The notes under the pieces are model-generated. The model made no database searches. It worked only from the letters and a program-made list of their open reading frames with translations, and had not been told where the DNA came from. A program made the position numbers and the translations under genes. From an uncultured virus (IMG/VR IMGVR_UViG_3300031951_000040) (lineage: Duplodnaviria; Heunggongvirae; Uroviricota; Caudoviricetes), in the IMG/VR virus record IMGVR_UViG_3300031951_000040: 64,000 nt of DNA. One strand, 5' to 3'. Shown here one piece after another: positions 26,947 to 36,679 of the stretch. Each line of letters begins with the position of its first letter. The first letter of the stretch is position 1.

Positions 26947-27168
26947 TTAAAATCCTCCATCTTCGTTCTCCATATGTTTGAGATAGTCCTCGATAAAATT
27001 ATCTACAATTCCCGACGACCTTTTGGTTTCAGGTACTGGTTGGTTGTTCAATCTTGATTCGTAGTAACGAATGATTTCTGATACACTTACACCAGACCTT
27101 ACACAACCATCCAACAGATTTGTGAATCGGTTTTTGGTGTCATTTAATGCTTGTTCTTTTTGTGTCAT
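26947..27168 (-). CDS. Hypothetical protein
   Basis: Operonic ORF. Confidence 0.6.
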   Translation of the reverse strand: MTQKEQALNDTKNRFTNLLDGCVRSGVSVSEIIRYYESRLNNQPVPETKRSSGIVDNFIEDYLKHMENEDGGF

Positions 27169-27336
27169 GTTCTATTACTTTTGGTTCCTGTATTCCTTTT
27201 TCTTTTAAATGTTGGATTGCCATTTCCACCGTTTCGTGTTTTCTGTAAGGAGGATTTGGTAATAACCCACAACCTTCCTTATATACAAAAACATTTTTCT
27301 GACAACCGAATGTAATAATCTTTTCCATATTGATTT

Positions 27337-27558
27337 TTATCCATTGGTTACACCACACTTGTGTTTGTGTTCAACATACCACATTATTCTAAAAGTACCC
27401 AAAACAAAAAAGTATGTATCAAATTCATTTATCTCATCGGTTGATTTACAAATCCCCGTGTGATATGCCGGTATTTTGGTCTCGATACTTTTAGCCGACT
27501 TAGGAAAAGTATTAAACGCAATACTATATCTCTTTGTTAGTTTGAATGATTTATACAT
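27337..27558 (-). CDS. Hypothetical protein
   Basis: Operonic ORF. Confidence 0.55.
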   Translation of the reverse strand: MYKSFKLTKRYSIAFNTFPKSAKSIETKIPAYHTGICKSTDEINEFDTYFFVLGTFRIMWYVEHKHKCGVTNG

Positions 27559-27559
27559 A

Positions 27560-27739
27560 TTATTCTAATTTACTGTTAAACAATTCTATGGCCTTCTCTT
27601 TATCTTTTTCTTGAAAGATGTTATCAATAATAAACTTGGCTTCTTCCATTGTGCACTTATCTTCAATGACATCAATGTATGTTTCTACATCAACACCCAA
27701 TTCCCCCGCCATAAGTTCATCCATCAAATCATGAAACAT
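27560..27739 (-). CDS. Small acidic protein (59 aa, not in ORF track)
   Basis: MFHDLMDELMAGELGVDVETYIDVIEDKC...; fills the gap between neighbouring ORFs. Confidence 0.55.
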   Translation of the reverse strand: MFHDLMDELMAGELGVDVETYIDVIEDKCTMEEAKFIIDNIFQEKDKEKAIELFNSKLE

Positions 27740-27740
27740 A

Positions 27741-27929
27741 TTACTCTGATTTAGTTTCTATACCGTTTTTCCAATCTTTCCAATTATCAAAATCTTTCAG
27801 TTTTTCATAATGGTCATCTTCCATTTTTCTTGCTTCGTTTAGTATATCGTCATAAATTCCACTATACCTCGTATCCAATTGAAGTTTGGTGATTAACCAA
27901 TTTACCGGTGTTAGTTTTTCGTTACTCAT
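27741..27929 (-). CDS. Hypothetical protein
   Basis: TPVNWL...EARKME pattern. Confidence 0.6.
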   Translation of the reverse strand: MSNEKLTPVNWLITKLQLDTRYSGIYDDILNEARKMEDDHYEKLKDFDNWKDWKNGIETKSE

Positions 27930-28764
27930 TTGTATTTTTTAATCTTTTTATTATATCGGTCATTCTTGTAAACATTTCCATACCCACAGGGATGGATAAG
28001 AGGGAAACCAAAAATTGATTTATATAAGAATACATTGCAATGGCTTCACCTTGTGTTAGTTTCACATTTTCGTGAGTGAAAATGATTAATGATAAAACCA
28101 AGAAGATGGTCTTTACCATATTGAGTGAAGTCCAATTCTTTCCTTGTAGGGTGGATGCTGAAATCCAAATCCTTCTTCTCCTTTTAAAGAATGAATCAAT
28201 CAAACCTCTATCGTTTGTGTTGAGCACATCCATTTTCTTTTCGTGTTGGTTGTGACTAATTTTTGTGGACTGAGCAATCTTACCGTAGAACTTCCATACA
28301 ATAAAACAAATGAACGGAGCACATAACAATACAATAAAACCAGTAACCACGTGGGACATGAATATAAAAAACAATGTTCCAATTATGGAAAGTATTGACA
28401 TTATATAATAGTGTATGTGGTGTTCCAAGAAATCCACAATACTATGTGCTAAATCCGTTCTACCCAACCTCGTTGAGACATCCGAATCCTCTGAACTATC
28501 CAAATAGTTAAACACAATATCATTGTAGATAGATGTGTAAATCTTGGTGTCAAATACCATACGTTTATAAATGAAAAAATTGGAGAGAGATTCTATTAAA
28601 AGAAAAACCCCAATCCAATAATACTCCTTATTCAATAAACCATCTATTGATTTACCCAACACATAGGGTTCAACCAAGAAAATGATTTGTGCAATAAAGA
28701 TGTAGAAGTATATTAATAATAATGACCTCTTATATTTTTCAATAATTTTATAAACGTACCGCAA
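27922..28764 (-). CDS. ABC-transporter six-TM membrane domain protein without an ATPase
   Basis: EPYVLGKSIDGLL, RMVFDTKIYTSIY, DFLE motifs; multiple TM helices. Confidence 0.7.
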   Translation of the reverse strand: MRYVYKIIEKYKRSLLLIYFYIFIAQIIFLVEPYVLGKSIDGLLNKEYYWIGVFLLIESLSNFFIYKRMVFDTKIYTSIYNDIVFNYLDSSEDSDVSTRLGRTDLAHSIVDFLEHHIHYYIMSILSIIGTLFFIFMSHVVTGFIVLLCAPFICFIVWKFYGKIAQSTKISHNQHEKKMDVLNTNDRGLIDSFFKRRRRIWISASTLQGKNWTSLNMVKTIFLVLSLIIFTHENVKLTQGEAIAMYSYINQFLVSLLSIPVGMEMFTRMTDIIKRLKNTNE

Positions 28765-28894
28765 AGTGAAATGAGATTTATTTTATTCTTTATCAAAATA
28801 AGTTGTGAATAGTGATAACAACGCAATACAAACGCATAAACCGATTACGATTATTCCAACTACTTGTGCTACTGGATGTAAATTTTCCATAATA

Positions 28895-29590
28895 TTAACA
28901 ATTAACTCTTACTTTGTAGGTTTTTTCGACATCGTTAGTCATATTACCCATAATCAAAATATACATTTTTTCATTTGGAATACCAAATAACGATTTAATA
29001 TCACTATCGGTTGGATAAACTTCCAATTCATCCACACCAATAAACTTGACATTATCGATGAGTTCTCTCATCTCATATAATGACAAATGAACACCGTGAA
29101 CAACAATGAAGTGTTTATTGGGATAAGTGTACTCACCATTTTCTTCTTCACCACATTCTACCTTACCTTCCCCATCACAGTCATCACATTCGGTTTCGTG
29201 TCCACAACAATTACACTCAACAGTCCCGTGTCCATCACATTGATAACATTCCTTATATTTTTTGTCAAACTCAGGAATCATCTTGATGTCTTCATAAACT
29301 TTTTCAAGGTCAGATACTTTAATTCTCCCGAATGGTTTTGAATCACCTTCATAAAATTTACGAAACTCAAACATGACAGGTTGGGCGTTGACACCATTAC
29401 CTTTGCTGTGGTCATGTATGTTTTCATTATTAATGTAGTCGACATCATGAAACCACAACGCTTTGTATGAGTTGGTTGAAACTACCCACCCATTTTCATA
29501 ACAAACAGGTTTCATGATTGGGTCTCTCCAATCATCTTTTGACGACCAAGATTCTACGAACCTTACGTAATTTGGATTTTCTTTTATCAT
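28895..29590 (-). CDS. Protein with a DnaJ-type CxxCxGxG zinc finger
   Basis: ECYQCDGHG...C.CC...ECDDCDGEG. Confidence 0.7.
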   Translation of the reverse strand: MIKENPNYVRFVESWSSKDDWRDPIMKPVCYENGWVVSTNSYKALWFHDVDYINNENIHDHSKGNGVNAQPVMFEFRKFYEGDSKPFGRIKVSDLEKVYEDIKMIPEFDKKYKECYQCDGHGTVECNCCGHETECDDCDGEGKVECGEEENGEYTYPNKHFIVVHGVHLSLYEMRELIDNVKFIGVDELEVYPTDSDIKSLFGIPNEKMYILIMGNMTNDVEKTYKVRVNC

Positions 29591-29591
29591 A

Positions 29592-30239
29592 TTAATCTAA
29601 TGAATTTGGTAAATAAAGTAGTGTGGGGTTTTTCTTTTGAATATCTAATTCAGGGTATCTCTCCTTAAACTTCATCACATCAAATTTTTTGGTAATTAAG
29701 TGGTGTCCGTTCTTTGTTGGGATTACAGCCTCAACCTTTGGTCCCACCTTGTAACCAATTGGAACACCGGCTTCATCAAATTCAACTTCAGTAAATGGTT
29801 TACATTCATATTCAATAAATGCAACCATCATTGGACTCATCTCTTTTACATCATCAACATCCACTATCCAACGTTTCTCCTGTGTCTTTAACTGACCAAC
29901 AACGCTATCAAATAATCCTTTCTGATTATGTTGTCCATTCTGAATACGTTGAGCGAGGTCAACCATCATATTCAATGAAACATCAAAGTGATTTTGTTTT
30001 TGAACGTGGATGTATGCCCTCGCCTTAAACATCTCACACAGTTGTTTAATCTCATCGTACCTACGTTCAAGATGTTCGATACTTTCAATACAGTAAGTCT
30101 TAATTGTTCTCACCGATTGGTGATTATCTCTCTCCCCTTCGGGTTGGTCTTTCTTTCGTTTGAAAATGTAGAGCATATAGAAGTCACCCTCGTTTTCGAA
30201 GTTGAGTAATGACTTAACTAATTCTATATTATCTATCAT
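29592..30239 (-). CDS. Conserved phage protein, possible AEP/primase-polymerase-like fold
   Basis: WIVDVDD and IPTKNGHHLIT motifs. Confidence 0.5.
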   Translation of the reverse strand: MIDNIELVKSLLNFENEGDFYMLYIFKRKKDQPEGERDNHQSVRTIKTYCIESIEHLERRYDEIKQLCEMFKARAYIHVQKQNHFDVSLNMMVDLAQRIQNGQHNQKGLFDSVVGQLKTQEKRWIVDVDDVKEMSPMMVAFIEYECKPFTEVEFDEAGVPIGYKVGPKVEAVIPTKNGHHLITKKFDVMKFKERYPELDIQKKNPTLLYLPNSLD

Positions 30240-30508
30240 TACAGAGACTGTACTTTTTTCATAATCTCTGTAACTTGTTCAGGTTCTAAATAACCAAGGA
30301 CATCGCTGGTTATTGGTGTTTCGTAGGTGAGGTCACCATTTTTATCTAAGACCGCAAGTTCATACAAACCATCCTTACCACCGTAGGAGTATGTGTGAGA
30401 AACGACAGATACCCCGTATCCATTATCAAATTGTGTACGTACCTTTTTACCAACCATAAATGGGGATTCATCGATTTGTTCGAATTCTAAATCGTTAAAT
30501 GTTTTCAT
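30239..30508 (-). CDS. Conserved small phage protein
   Basis: FDNGYGVSVV..SYGG..GLYELAVL, DVLGYL motifs. Confidence 0.75.
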   Translation of the reverse strand: MKTFNDLEFEQIDESPFMVGKKVRTQFDNGYGVSVVSHTYSYGGKDGLYELAVLDKNGDLTYETPITSDVLGYLEPEQVTEIMKKVQSL

Positions 30509-30523
30509 ATAATTAAATTAGTT

Positions 30524-30802
30524 TTATTCTGCAAGAATTGCTTCGTCAAACATACTACCATCCTCTCTTTGTTTTGTAACAATTTGAGCGTTTACTCTTA
30601 CACCTGAAGAGTAAAATTCCGACATCCATTTAGATTTTGGAATTGATTCCTCATTAACAGGTATTTCTGTATATTCATCGTCGAACATTAAGATGTATCT
30701 AAAGAACCATCGGTCTTTAAATTTGTAAATTGTACCAGTGCACATAGTTTCTTTCTCTAAGTTGTTTGATTTGTATATTCTCATAGTTTGGTTTTCCTTC
30801 AC
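30524..30802 (-). CDS. Hypothetical protein
   Basis: Operonic ORF. Confidence 0.6.
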   Translation of the reverse strand: MKENQTMRIYKSNNLEKETMCTGTIYKFKDRWFFRYILMFDDEYTEIPVNEESIPKSKWMSEFYSSGVRVNAQIVTKQREDGSMFDEAILAE

Positions 30803-31216
30803 CTATTAAGTATTATCAAAGTCACAATAATTACGATAATACCAATTAATGACCAAAAAGCCATTTTTTCACTAAATTCAATTTGTTCCTTCCTCTTTCC
30901 TTGGTTGTCCATTGTATGTAGTTTTAGGTGTTTCAATCTCCCAATACCCCACGATGAAGTATTGATTACGACCAACAGGAGAAACTTCATACTTTTTTCC
31001 ACGAGCAATGGATGCATTAGTCACAACACAGTCCATTTGTTTGTATAAAACCCGTTGACCTATATAAAATGTGTTCATAGATACATAAAGATTAAAAATC
31101 CAAATCCTATACCTGCTAAGAAGTACACCAAGTTGTTCAACCAAAAGGGATATCTTTCCATAATCACATTTTTCTTCAAATATAAAAATTTTTTTGTGAA
31201 ATCCAAAAAAATCACA

Positions 31217-31422
31217 AAAAAAAACACCCTAATTTATCCAACTTTCAGGTGTTATGGTTGTCCCCGTTGCCGGGTTAGGAATAGACTTACAGGGGCACGT
31301 TGTTCTTTATCACCCTTTTGGTATTCCCCGCGGATAGTCAGTCCGAATAAGACGTTGTCTTATTATCAGTCCTCTACGGTTATCACACCGTTTCTCATCA
31401 TGTGAGGCACACTATCCGATGA
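31217..31422 (-). ncRNA. Putative structured non-coding RNA of about 200 nt
   Basis: GC-rich island with nested helices: 31331-31338/31411-31418, hairpin 31346-31364, hairpin 31376-31391, ccg-GCAA-cgg hairpin, terminal hairpin plus U-tract. Confidence 0.55.
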
Positions 31423-31530
31423 TTAATCGGAACGTTTCTTTAGATATTCTTTTCTTGTTCTATATTCCCCTACTTTGTAACCAGCGAGAAACCAAAGAGA
31501 GAATCCTATGTATACTAAAATAACTGTCAT
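31423..31530 (-). CDS. Small TM peptide (35 aa)
   Basis: MTVILVYIGFSLWFLAGYKVGEYRTRKEYLKKRSD after a minus-strand TATATTTG promoter. Confidence 0.5.
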   Translation of the reverse strand: MTVILVYIGFSLWFLAGYKVGEYRTRKEYLKKRSD

Positions 31531-31581
31531 AATTAATTTTGATACAAATATAATGTATATTTTTTAATATGCAAAAATATT

Positions 31582-31770
31582 TTAATTTTTTTTGAAGTGT
31601 CTTTTACTACCTTCACAAATATTGTCTTTGGAAACGTCCCATATGTTTTTTTGAACCATATGACAAGCGTGTGATTTACCCATTCGTTTAGAAAAATGGA
31701 TGATGGTGTCATTATTATTATTTCTGACAACCCATGGACATTCCTTACAAGGTGAACTAGTTTTCTTCAA
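31582..31770 (-). CDS. Small Cys/His metal-binding protein
   Basis: PCKECPW...HACH...C pattern. Confidence 0.55.
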   Translation of the reverse strand: MKKTSSPCKECPWVVRNNNNDTIIHFSKRMGKSHACHMVQKNIWDVSKDNICEGSKRHFKKN

Positions 31771-32341
31771 ATTTAAAAATGTCTACCTGAGAGGATTTAC
31801 CCCAGTTGTCCAAAAAATCAGAGGGTTCCATGGATTCACCCTTAAAAAATATTCTATCGATGTAATCCCAGTCCCCATCAGGAAAGTCGACAGAACCGTG
31901 ACAGTAGGTAAAATCTTCAATGGTTGGAACCGTTTCAGATTCAATTTCATATTCCCAAATACCACCTTTGTTTTCGTCAACACTCACATAGATATTTTCA
32001 CCCTTTTCCATTGGGAATGCTCGGTGTGAAATATAATCATCCCAATCCTCATTCACTGAAGAGATTGTTTGAATATCTTCAATACCAAAAGATAGTACGT
32101 TGTTACCATTTTCATCTTCAAGTTCAAAGGTCATTGTTTGGTTATCCAATGCTTTGTTTACGTGAAAGATGTCACCATCGTAAATGTCAATATCTAAACT
32201 TTCCAAGTCAAATCTAGTTTCCCAAAGTTCATCGTACTCTTTTTCTTCTTTTAAGAGTTCAATTTGTTCAACCTGTTCGTCAGTGAGTTTTTTACCGATA
32301 AACTCGGCGCTCCATCCATAAGTTTTTAGCGTATACTTCAT
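31757..32341 (-). CDS. Acidic hypothetical protein
   Basis: 194-aa ORF. Confidence 0.7.
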   Translation of the reverse strand: MKYTLKTYGWSAEFIGKKLTDEQVEQIELLKEEKEYDELWETRFDLESLDIDIYDGDIFHVNKALDNQTMTFELEDENGNNVLSFGIEDIQTISSVNEDWDDYISHRAFPMEKGENIYVSVDENKGGIWEYEIESETVPTIEDFTYCHGSVDFPDGDWDYIDRIFFKGESMEPSDFLDNWGKSSQVDIFKFEEN

Positions 32342-32343
32342 GT

Positions 32344-32640
32344 TTATCTTATTAATTTTACTGTTGGTATTAAAAAATCATCATAATGTTTATGAGATAA
32401 AATATCCCATGAACTTGGATGTCTTTCCTTGAATATTTCTTGTCTTTCCAAAAGTGACAGTGGTAAGGTACAATCCTCACCGAACATATACCAAAGTTCA
32501 TAATCATTGATTATCCTTTGTGCAAATTCAGTAAGACTCTTGATTTTTACTTCTCTCAGGTATTCCCTATTTATACCTAAGTTATCATACCACTTGATAT
32601 ATTCTTGGTATGCTTCTTTGACTTTTTTGTGTACCACCAT
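32344..32640 (-). CDS. Hypothetical protein resembling the insertion segments of this phage's ThyA
   Basis: AYQEY...EFAQRIINDYEL...FGE and LSLLER...HYDDFLIP. Confidence 0.6.
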   Translation of the reverse strand: MVVHKKVKEAYQEYIKWYDNLGINREYLREVKIKSLTEFAQRIINDYELWYMFGEDCTLPLSLLERQEIFKERHPSSWDILSHKHYDDFLIPTVKLIR

Positions 32641-32652
32641 ACAAAGATAATA

Positions 32653-32961
32653 TTAAAATTGTTGTGTTCTACCGATAAATCTTTTCGCCATCTCAACCCT
32701 AACTTCACCATTCTCCCTGTCAAATATTGGAGGTTCTACAAATTCACCCGACCTACTTTTTAAACGGTAGTATAGATTAGTTTCTTCATATTCATAGAAC
32801 TGATTTTTGTTTAGGTATTTTTTTAAATCTAATATCTCCTTATCACTACAACCTTTTGAAATCAACACCATCAACATTCTATCACAGAATGCAATAGATA
32901 CTAAATTCCACTTGTAGTGTGGTTGTAAATACTCGTATACCTCAATGTTGGTGTGAAGCAT
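32653..32961 (-). CDS. Hypothetical protein
   Basis: ORF in minus-strand block. Confidence 0.6.
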   Translation of the reverse strand: MLHTNIEVYEYLQPHYKWNLVSIAFCDRMLMVLISKGCSDKEILDLKKYLNKNQFYEYEETNLYYRLKSRSGEFVEPPIFDRENGEVRVEMAKRFIGRTQQF

Positions 32962-33087
32962 AGTGATTTATTTTTTTCGGATGTTTTCATTGATTGCATA
33001 CAAAAGTATGCAAATGATAAATAATAAAAGTACAATCATGAGTCAATATTAAGAAGAATATTTTAAATTTCAAAATTTTTTTTGAAA

Positions 33088-33825
33088 TCACCAATAACCA
33101 ATATCTTTTTTGAAATATTCTTCGTTTTCCCTATTCAAAAAGGACTTAATGATTAGTTTAATCATTCCCAAATACCCCATTTTCTTGAATCTACGGTCAT
33201 CTTGACCAACGTAATGTTCGGATATTTTAAACTTTTTTGAATTGTATTTCCTACTTAAACCATAGTCTTCACTGTGTTGGTATTCCTCATTAAATTTACC
33301 TAATTCTCTAAATTTATCAGTTTTTGTCAAGAAAAAGGTACCAACAGCGAATGGACTGAATTTACTAATAATATTATTAACGGAATTAAAACAAACGAAT
33401 ACCAATTTGGACTTCCAATTTTTAGATGTTGATTTTATTTTACATGTCATCAAATCCAAATCTTCCAAAATCATTTCCTCAATACAGTCGTGAATTGTAA
33501 TTGAATTGAAGAATTGGATGTCAGCATCCACAAATAAAACATATTCAGTATTAACCAAATCACTCCCTAAATTTCTTGCTTCACCAACTTTACCACCGTC
33601 AATCATTTCTATCTTAAGTCTATCAGAGTACATCATAGACATATTATTGATAATCGCCCTTGTTCGGTCTGTTGAATGGTTATCAGCAATGATTACTCTT
33701 GTACCATCAATTAAAACTTGTTTGTGTATTGAGTCGAGAGTCTTCTTAATATACTTGTCTTCATTGTAACATGGAATTACAATGGTTAGTTTGTTTTTTA
33801 TTTTTGTTGGTTTATAAAGTGGCAT
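33088..33825 (-). CDS. Glycosyltransferase family 2
   Basis: IVIPCYNE, ADNHSTDRT, ARNLG, FVDAD, SED, RRF motifs. Confidence 0.9.
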   Translation of the reverse strand: MPLYKPTKIKNKLTIVIPCYNEDKYIKKTLDSIHKQVLIDGTRVIIADNHSTDRTRAIINNMSMMYSDRLKIEMIDGGKVGEARNLGSDLVNTEYVLFVDADIQFFNSITIHDCIEEMILEDLDLMTCKIKSTSKNWKSKLVFVCFNSVNNIISKFSPFAVGTFFLTKTDKFRELGKFNEEYQHSEDYGLSRKYNSKKFKISEHYVGQDDRRFKKMGYLGMIKLIIKSFLNRENEEYFKKDIGYW

Positions 33826-34507
33826 ATCTCTGAAGTTTAAAATCCCCGTTATGATGTATTATGTAAGTATTGTTTTCTATCCAATCCCCACAATTTAAAT
33901 ACCTCACACCCTCAATAATTTTATCTTCAGGATTGTGTATGTGACCACATATCACAGTGTCACACTCTCTTTTTTTTGCCTGTCTAACCAGTTCTACCTC
34001 AAAACTCGTAATAAATTTAACAGCCTCTTTAACACTGTCCTTTAAAAATTTAGAAAGGGACCTCTTATGTCCAAATTTTTTTAGAGTCCTATCTATAGAA
34101 ATCGCAATATCGTAACCAATGGAACCTAAAATACCTAACCATTTTAACTTAACCACACCATCATAAAGGTCTCCATGGGTAATAAATACATTACCATATT
34201 TGTATTCATTACAAATTTCAATGTTACCAAAAGATAAGTCCGTATATTGTCTTAAAAATTCATCATGATTACCAGTAACATAAATTACTTGAGTACCTCT
34301 TTTGGAATGTGATAATATTTTTCTTATCACATTGGTGTCGTTTTGTTTCCATCTGAACTTCCTCTGTAACATCCAACCATCTATGATATCACCAACTAAA
34401 AACAAATAAGTTGGTTCATATTTTTTTAGGACTTCAAGCACCATTTCAGAATTACTACCCTTAGTACCAAGGTGAACATCTGAAATAAAAAGTGCATCTA
34501 TTTTCAT
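33812..34507 (-). CDS. LpxH/PlcP-family metallophosphoesterase
   Basis: FISDVHLG, LVGDIIDGW, GNHDE, HGD.YD, CGHIH, N.GDWIE motifs. Confidence 0.9.
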   Translation of the reverse strand: MKIDALFISDVHLGTKGSNSEMVLEVLKKYEPTYLFLVGDIIDGWMLQRKFRWKQNDTNVIRKILSHSKRGTQVIYVTGNHDEFLRQYTDLSFGNIEICNEYKYGNVFITHGDLYDGVVKLKWLGILGSIGYDIAISIDRTLKKFGHKRSLSKFLKDSVKEAVKFITSFEVELVRQAKKRECDTVICGHIHNPEDKIIEGVRYLNCGDWIENNTYIIHHNGDFKLQRYATL

Positions 34508-34532
34508 ATCTATAATTATCTCAATTAAATGA

Positions 34533-34997
34533 TTACAAATTTATTTCTATGATTTGTCCTTTATCTCTTTTAAACAAAAATCTATAAATTTTTACAAACA
34601 AATGTATAATAGACATTTTAAATGCATATGTGAATCCGCTACTGACATTTGTCAACCTATAAACGGTAATTAATAGTGAATCGTCAAAATGTCTTTTTAA
34701 AATAAAGTACCTATGATAACCATCAAAAATATAATTTTTGTTTGTTAGATAGATGTGACCCTTATTATAATCAAACCCTCTTTCTATTATATCTAATTCA
34801 ATTTGTTTATGTATTGGTTTTAAATGAATTGATTTTACTCTTGTTTTAATTTCGGACATTGGTATTGTCTCTACTTTGACTTTAAAGCACCACCATTTAT
34901 TACAAAAGAAATCACCGTCGTGCCTTTTTAACAATTCGGAATTATATCTTCTATCAACAACTACTTTTATTTTTTCTAAAAAAGTCATATCCACCAT
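34533..34997 (-). CDS. ParB/Srx-like small domain protein
   Basis: YIFDGYHRY motif. Confidence 0.5.
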   Translation of the reverse strand: MVDMTFLEKIKVVVDRRYNSELLKRHDGDFFCNKWWCFKVKVETIPMSEIKTRVKSIHLKPIHKQIELDIIERGFDYNKGHIYLTNKNYIFDGYHRYFILKRHFDDSLLITVYRLTNVSSGFTYAFKMSIIHLFVKIYRFLFKRDKGQIIEINL

Positions 34998-35201
34998 TTA
35001 TTCCCCTAACTCAAGATTATTTTTGCGTTTAGTCATTTCGTTAAAAACCTCAATTGACAAATTCGCCCTAAAATCATCTCTAGCACACTCATGGGGACTT
35101 AATTTTAAAAGTCTGTTCGCAACCTCATCTCTCCACTCGTGAAAGAATCCTTCATTAAAAGCCATCCATCCATAAAATTCGTGAGTTTCTGCGTTGTTCA
35201 T
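34998..35201 (-). CDS. Hypothetical protein
   Basis: Operonic ORF. Confidence 0.55.
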   Translation of the reverse strand: MNNAETHEFYGWMAFNEGFFHEWRDEVANRLLKLSPHECARDDFRANLSIEVFNEMTKRKNNLELGE

Positions 35202-35430
35202 TTATTGTCGATTTAAAATTTTGAGGCAATCATATACCCCAAACAAAATGATGAGGTCACAGCAACCCAATAAAATAATGATTTAATTTTAAATGCTGTT
35301 CGATTGTGCTCTCCGTTTATGGTTGTTGCAGTTGCAAACAACCAGGTTACAATTAGAAACAATATACCAAATGTTAATAAAACTATTTTCATACGTAAAG
35401 TATAAATATTTATCTTTATAAATCAAAATT

Positions 35431-35847
35431 ATGATACAAATATCTCAAATCATTCTTCAAAACCCTGAAGGTAAATACTTGGTGTATTTAAGAGACAACA
35501 ACCCAGATATCCCCTTTCCAAATCATTGGGACCTTATAGGTGGTCACGTTGAAAAAAGAGAAACACCATTAGAAGCGTTGAAAAGAGAAATGATAGAAGA
35601 AATTGAAACTGACTCGAGCAGTTTAGTTAGATTTTCTTTTTGGAAGAAGTATGTCTGTATTGAGGGTGATGTGTCCCCAAATATTAAATATATATTTCAC
35701 GGTGTGATTGACAAACCTATTGAAGAAATTCCACTAAATGAGGGTCAGTATCTTAGATTTGTAACTCAAAGTGAGTTATCTGAATTAAATTTTGCAAACA
35801 TTATGGGTAAGATAATGCAAGATTTCGTGAGAGAAAGATTTGGTTAG
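35431..35847 (+). CDS. NUDIX hydrolase
   Basis: LRD...P..WDLIGGHVEKRETPLEALKREMIEEI Nudix box. Confidence 0.9.
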   Translation: MIQISQIILQNPEGKYLVYLRDNNPDIPFPNHWDLIGGHVEKRETPLEALKREMIEEIETDSSSLVRFSFWKKYVCIEGDVSPNIKYIFHGVIDKPIEEIPLNEGQYLRFVTQSELSELNFANIMGKIMQDFVRERFG

Positions 35848-36383
35848 TATTTTAAAACTGTAAAATGAGACTCAAAGTTTTTTCTTGGAATCAAATACAT
35901 ATGTGACCTTTTCTCTTCAGGAATCAATACGTTAGTTCCAGCATAAACCTCGTCACCACCTATCTTTACTTTGAAATTATTTTCTGAAATTAATTTTCTT
36001 AATTTATTAGTTTTAATCACCCAAATCTCTTTGATGTTCATAAAAACTATTACCCACAAATCTGATTTGGTTACCATTATTCCACTGTCCTTACCGTGCA
36101 TCCTAAATTCAATACATAGGTTACCAGTATCTATACCGGGAAAATAGGCACCGTTTGGTAATGTTCTACCGGGTTGTACCCATTTGTCTTCTGTCTTGAC
36201 TTCTGCAACCACATGGGTTTTAGTTGGGAAATTGAATATTAAATCGAACTCTTTTAAATTACCATTTTCTTTTTCACTCTTCCCAACACAAATAGCATTG
36301 TATTCTCTTTCAAATACATCAATGACTACTTGTTCATTAGTTTGACCGATTTTTATATCTTCATGAAAATTCAGATTCCCCAT
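35844..36383 (-). CDS. PD-(D/E)xK nuclease-like protein
   Basis: E...FD...EVK.E...TGNL.IE...SGI..TKSD.W pattern. Confidence 0.65.
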   Translation of the reverse strand: MGNLNFHEDIKIGQTNEQVVIDVFEREYNAICVGKSEKENGNLKEFDLIFNFPTKTHVVAEVKTEDKWVQPGRTLPNGAYFPGIDTGNLCIEFRMHGKDSGIMVTKSDLWVIVFMNIKEIWVIKTNKLRKLISENNFKVKIGGDEVYAGTNVLIPEEKRSHMYLIPRKNFESHFTVLKY

Positions 36384-36451
36384 CTTCGCTGGTTAAATAC
36401 ATTTTCTCATAGTGTTCCCACCATAAAATCTCTTCTTGTTCAGAAGTAAGT

Positions 36452-36679
36452 TTATTTTCCACAGGGACAATGTCCTGCGTGTGTGATTCCTGAACCATGA
36501 CTTCTATCGATTATGAGATAAGTATGTCCCTTATGTTCCCATTCAAAAACTCTGTATTCGGATTGATTACTAAGTTTAATAGTTTGGGGGTTATTCCTAT
36601 CGTTTACAACTTGTTTTGTGTTTGGTTCAGAACATGATGTGACGAGTAAAACAAATAAAATAATACTACTTAATCTCAT
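36452..36679 (-). CDS. Small lipoprotein
   Basis: VTSC lipobox; HAGHCPC C-terminus. Confidence 0.6.
   Translation of the reverse strand: MRLSSIILFVLLVTSCSEPNTKQVVNDRNNPQTIKLSNQSEYRVFEWEHKGHTYLIIDRSHGSGITHAGHCPCGK

Noticed and set aside
31055..31405. 116-aa + strand ORF
   Set aside because: Runs against the local gene direction, has a non-ATG start, and overlaps the structured RNA candidate and a minus-strand promoter.
31340..31410. Hammerhead ribozyme
   Set aside because: CUGAUAA and AUGAUGA are only partial matches to the CUGANGA core, and no correctly placed GAAA/UH was found.
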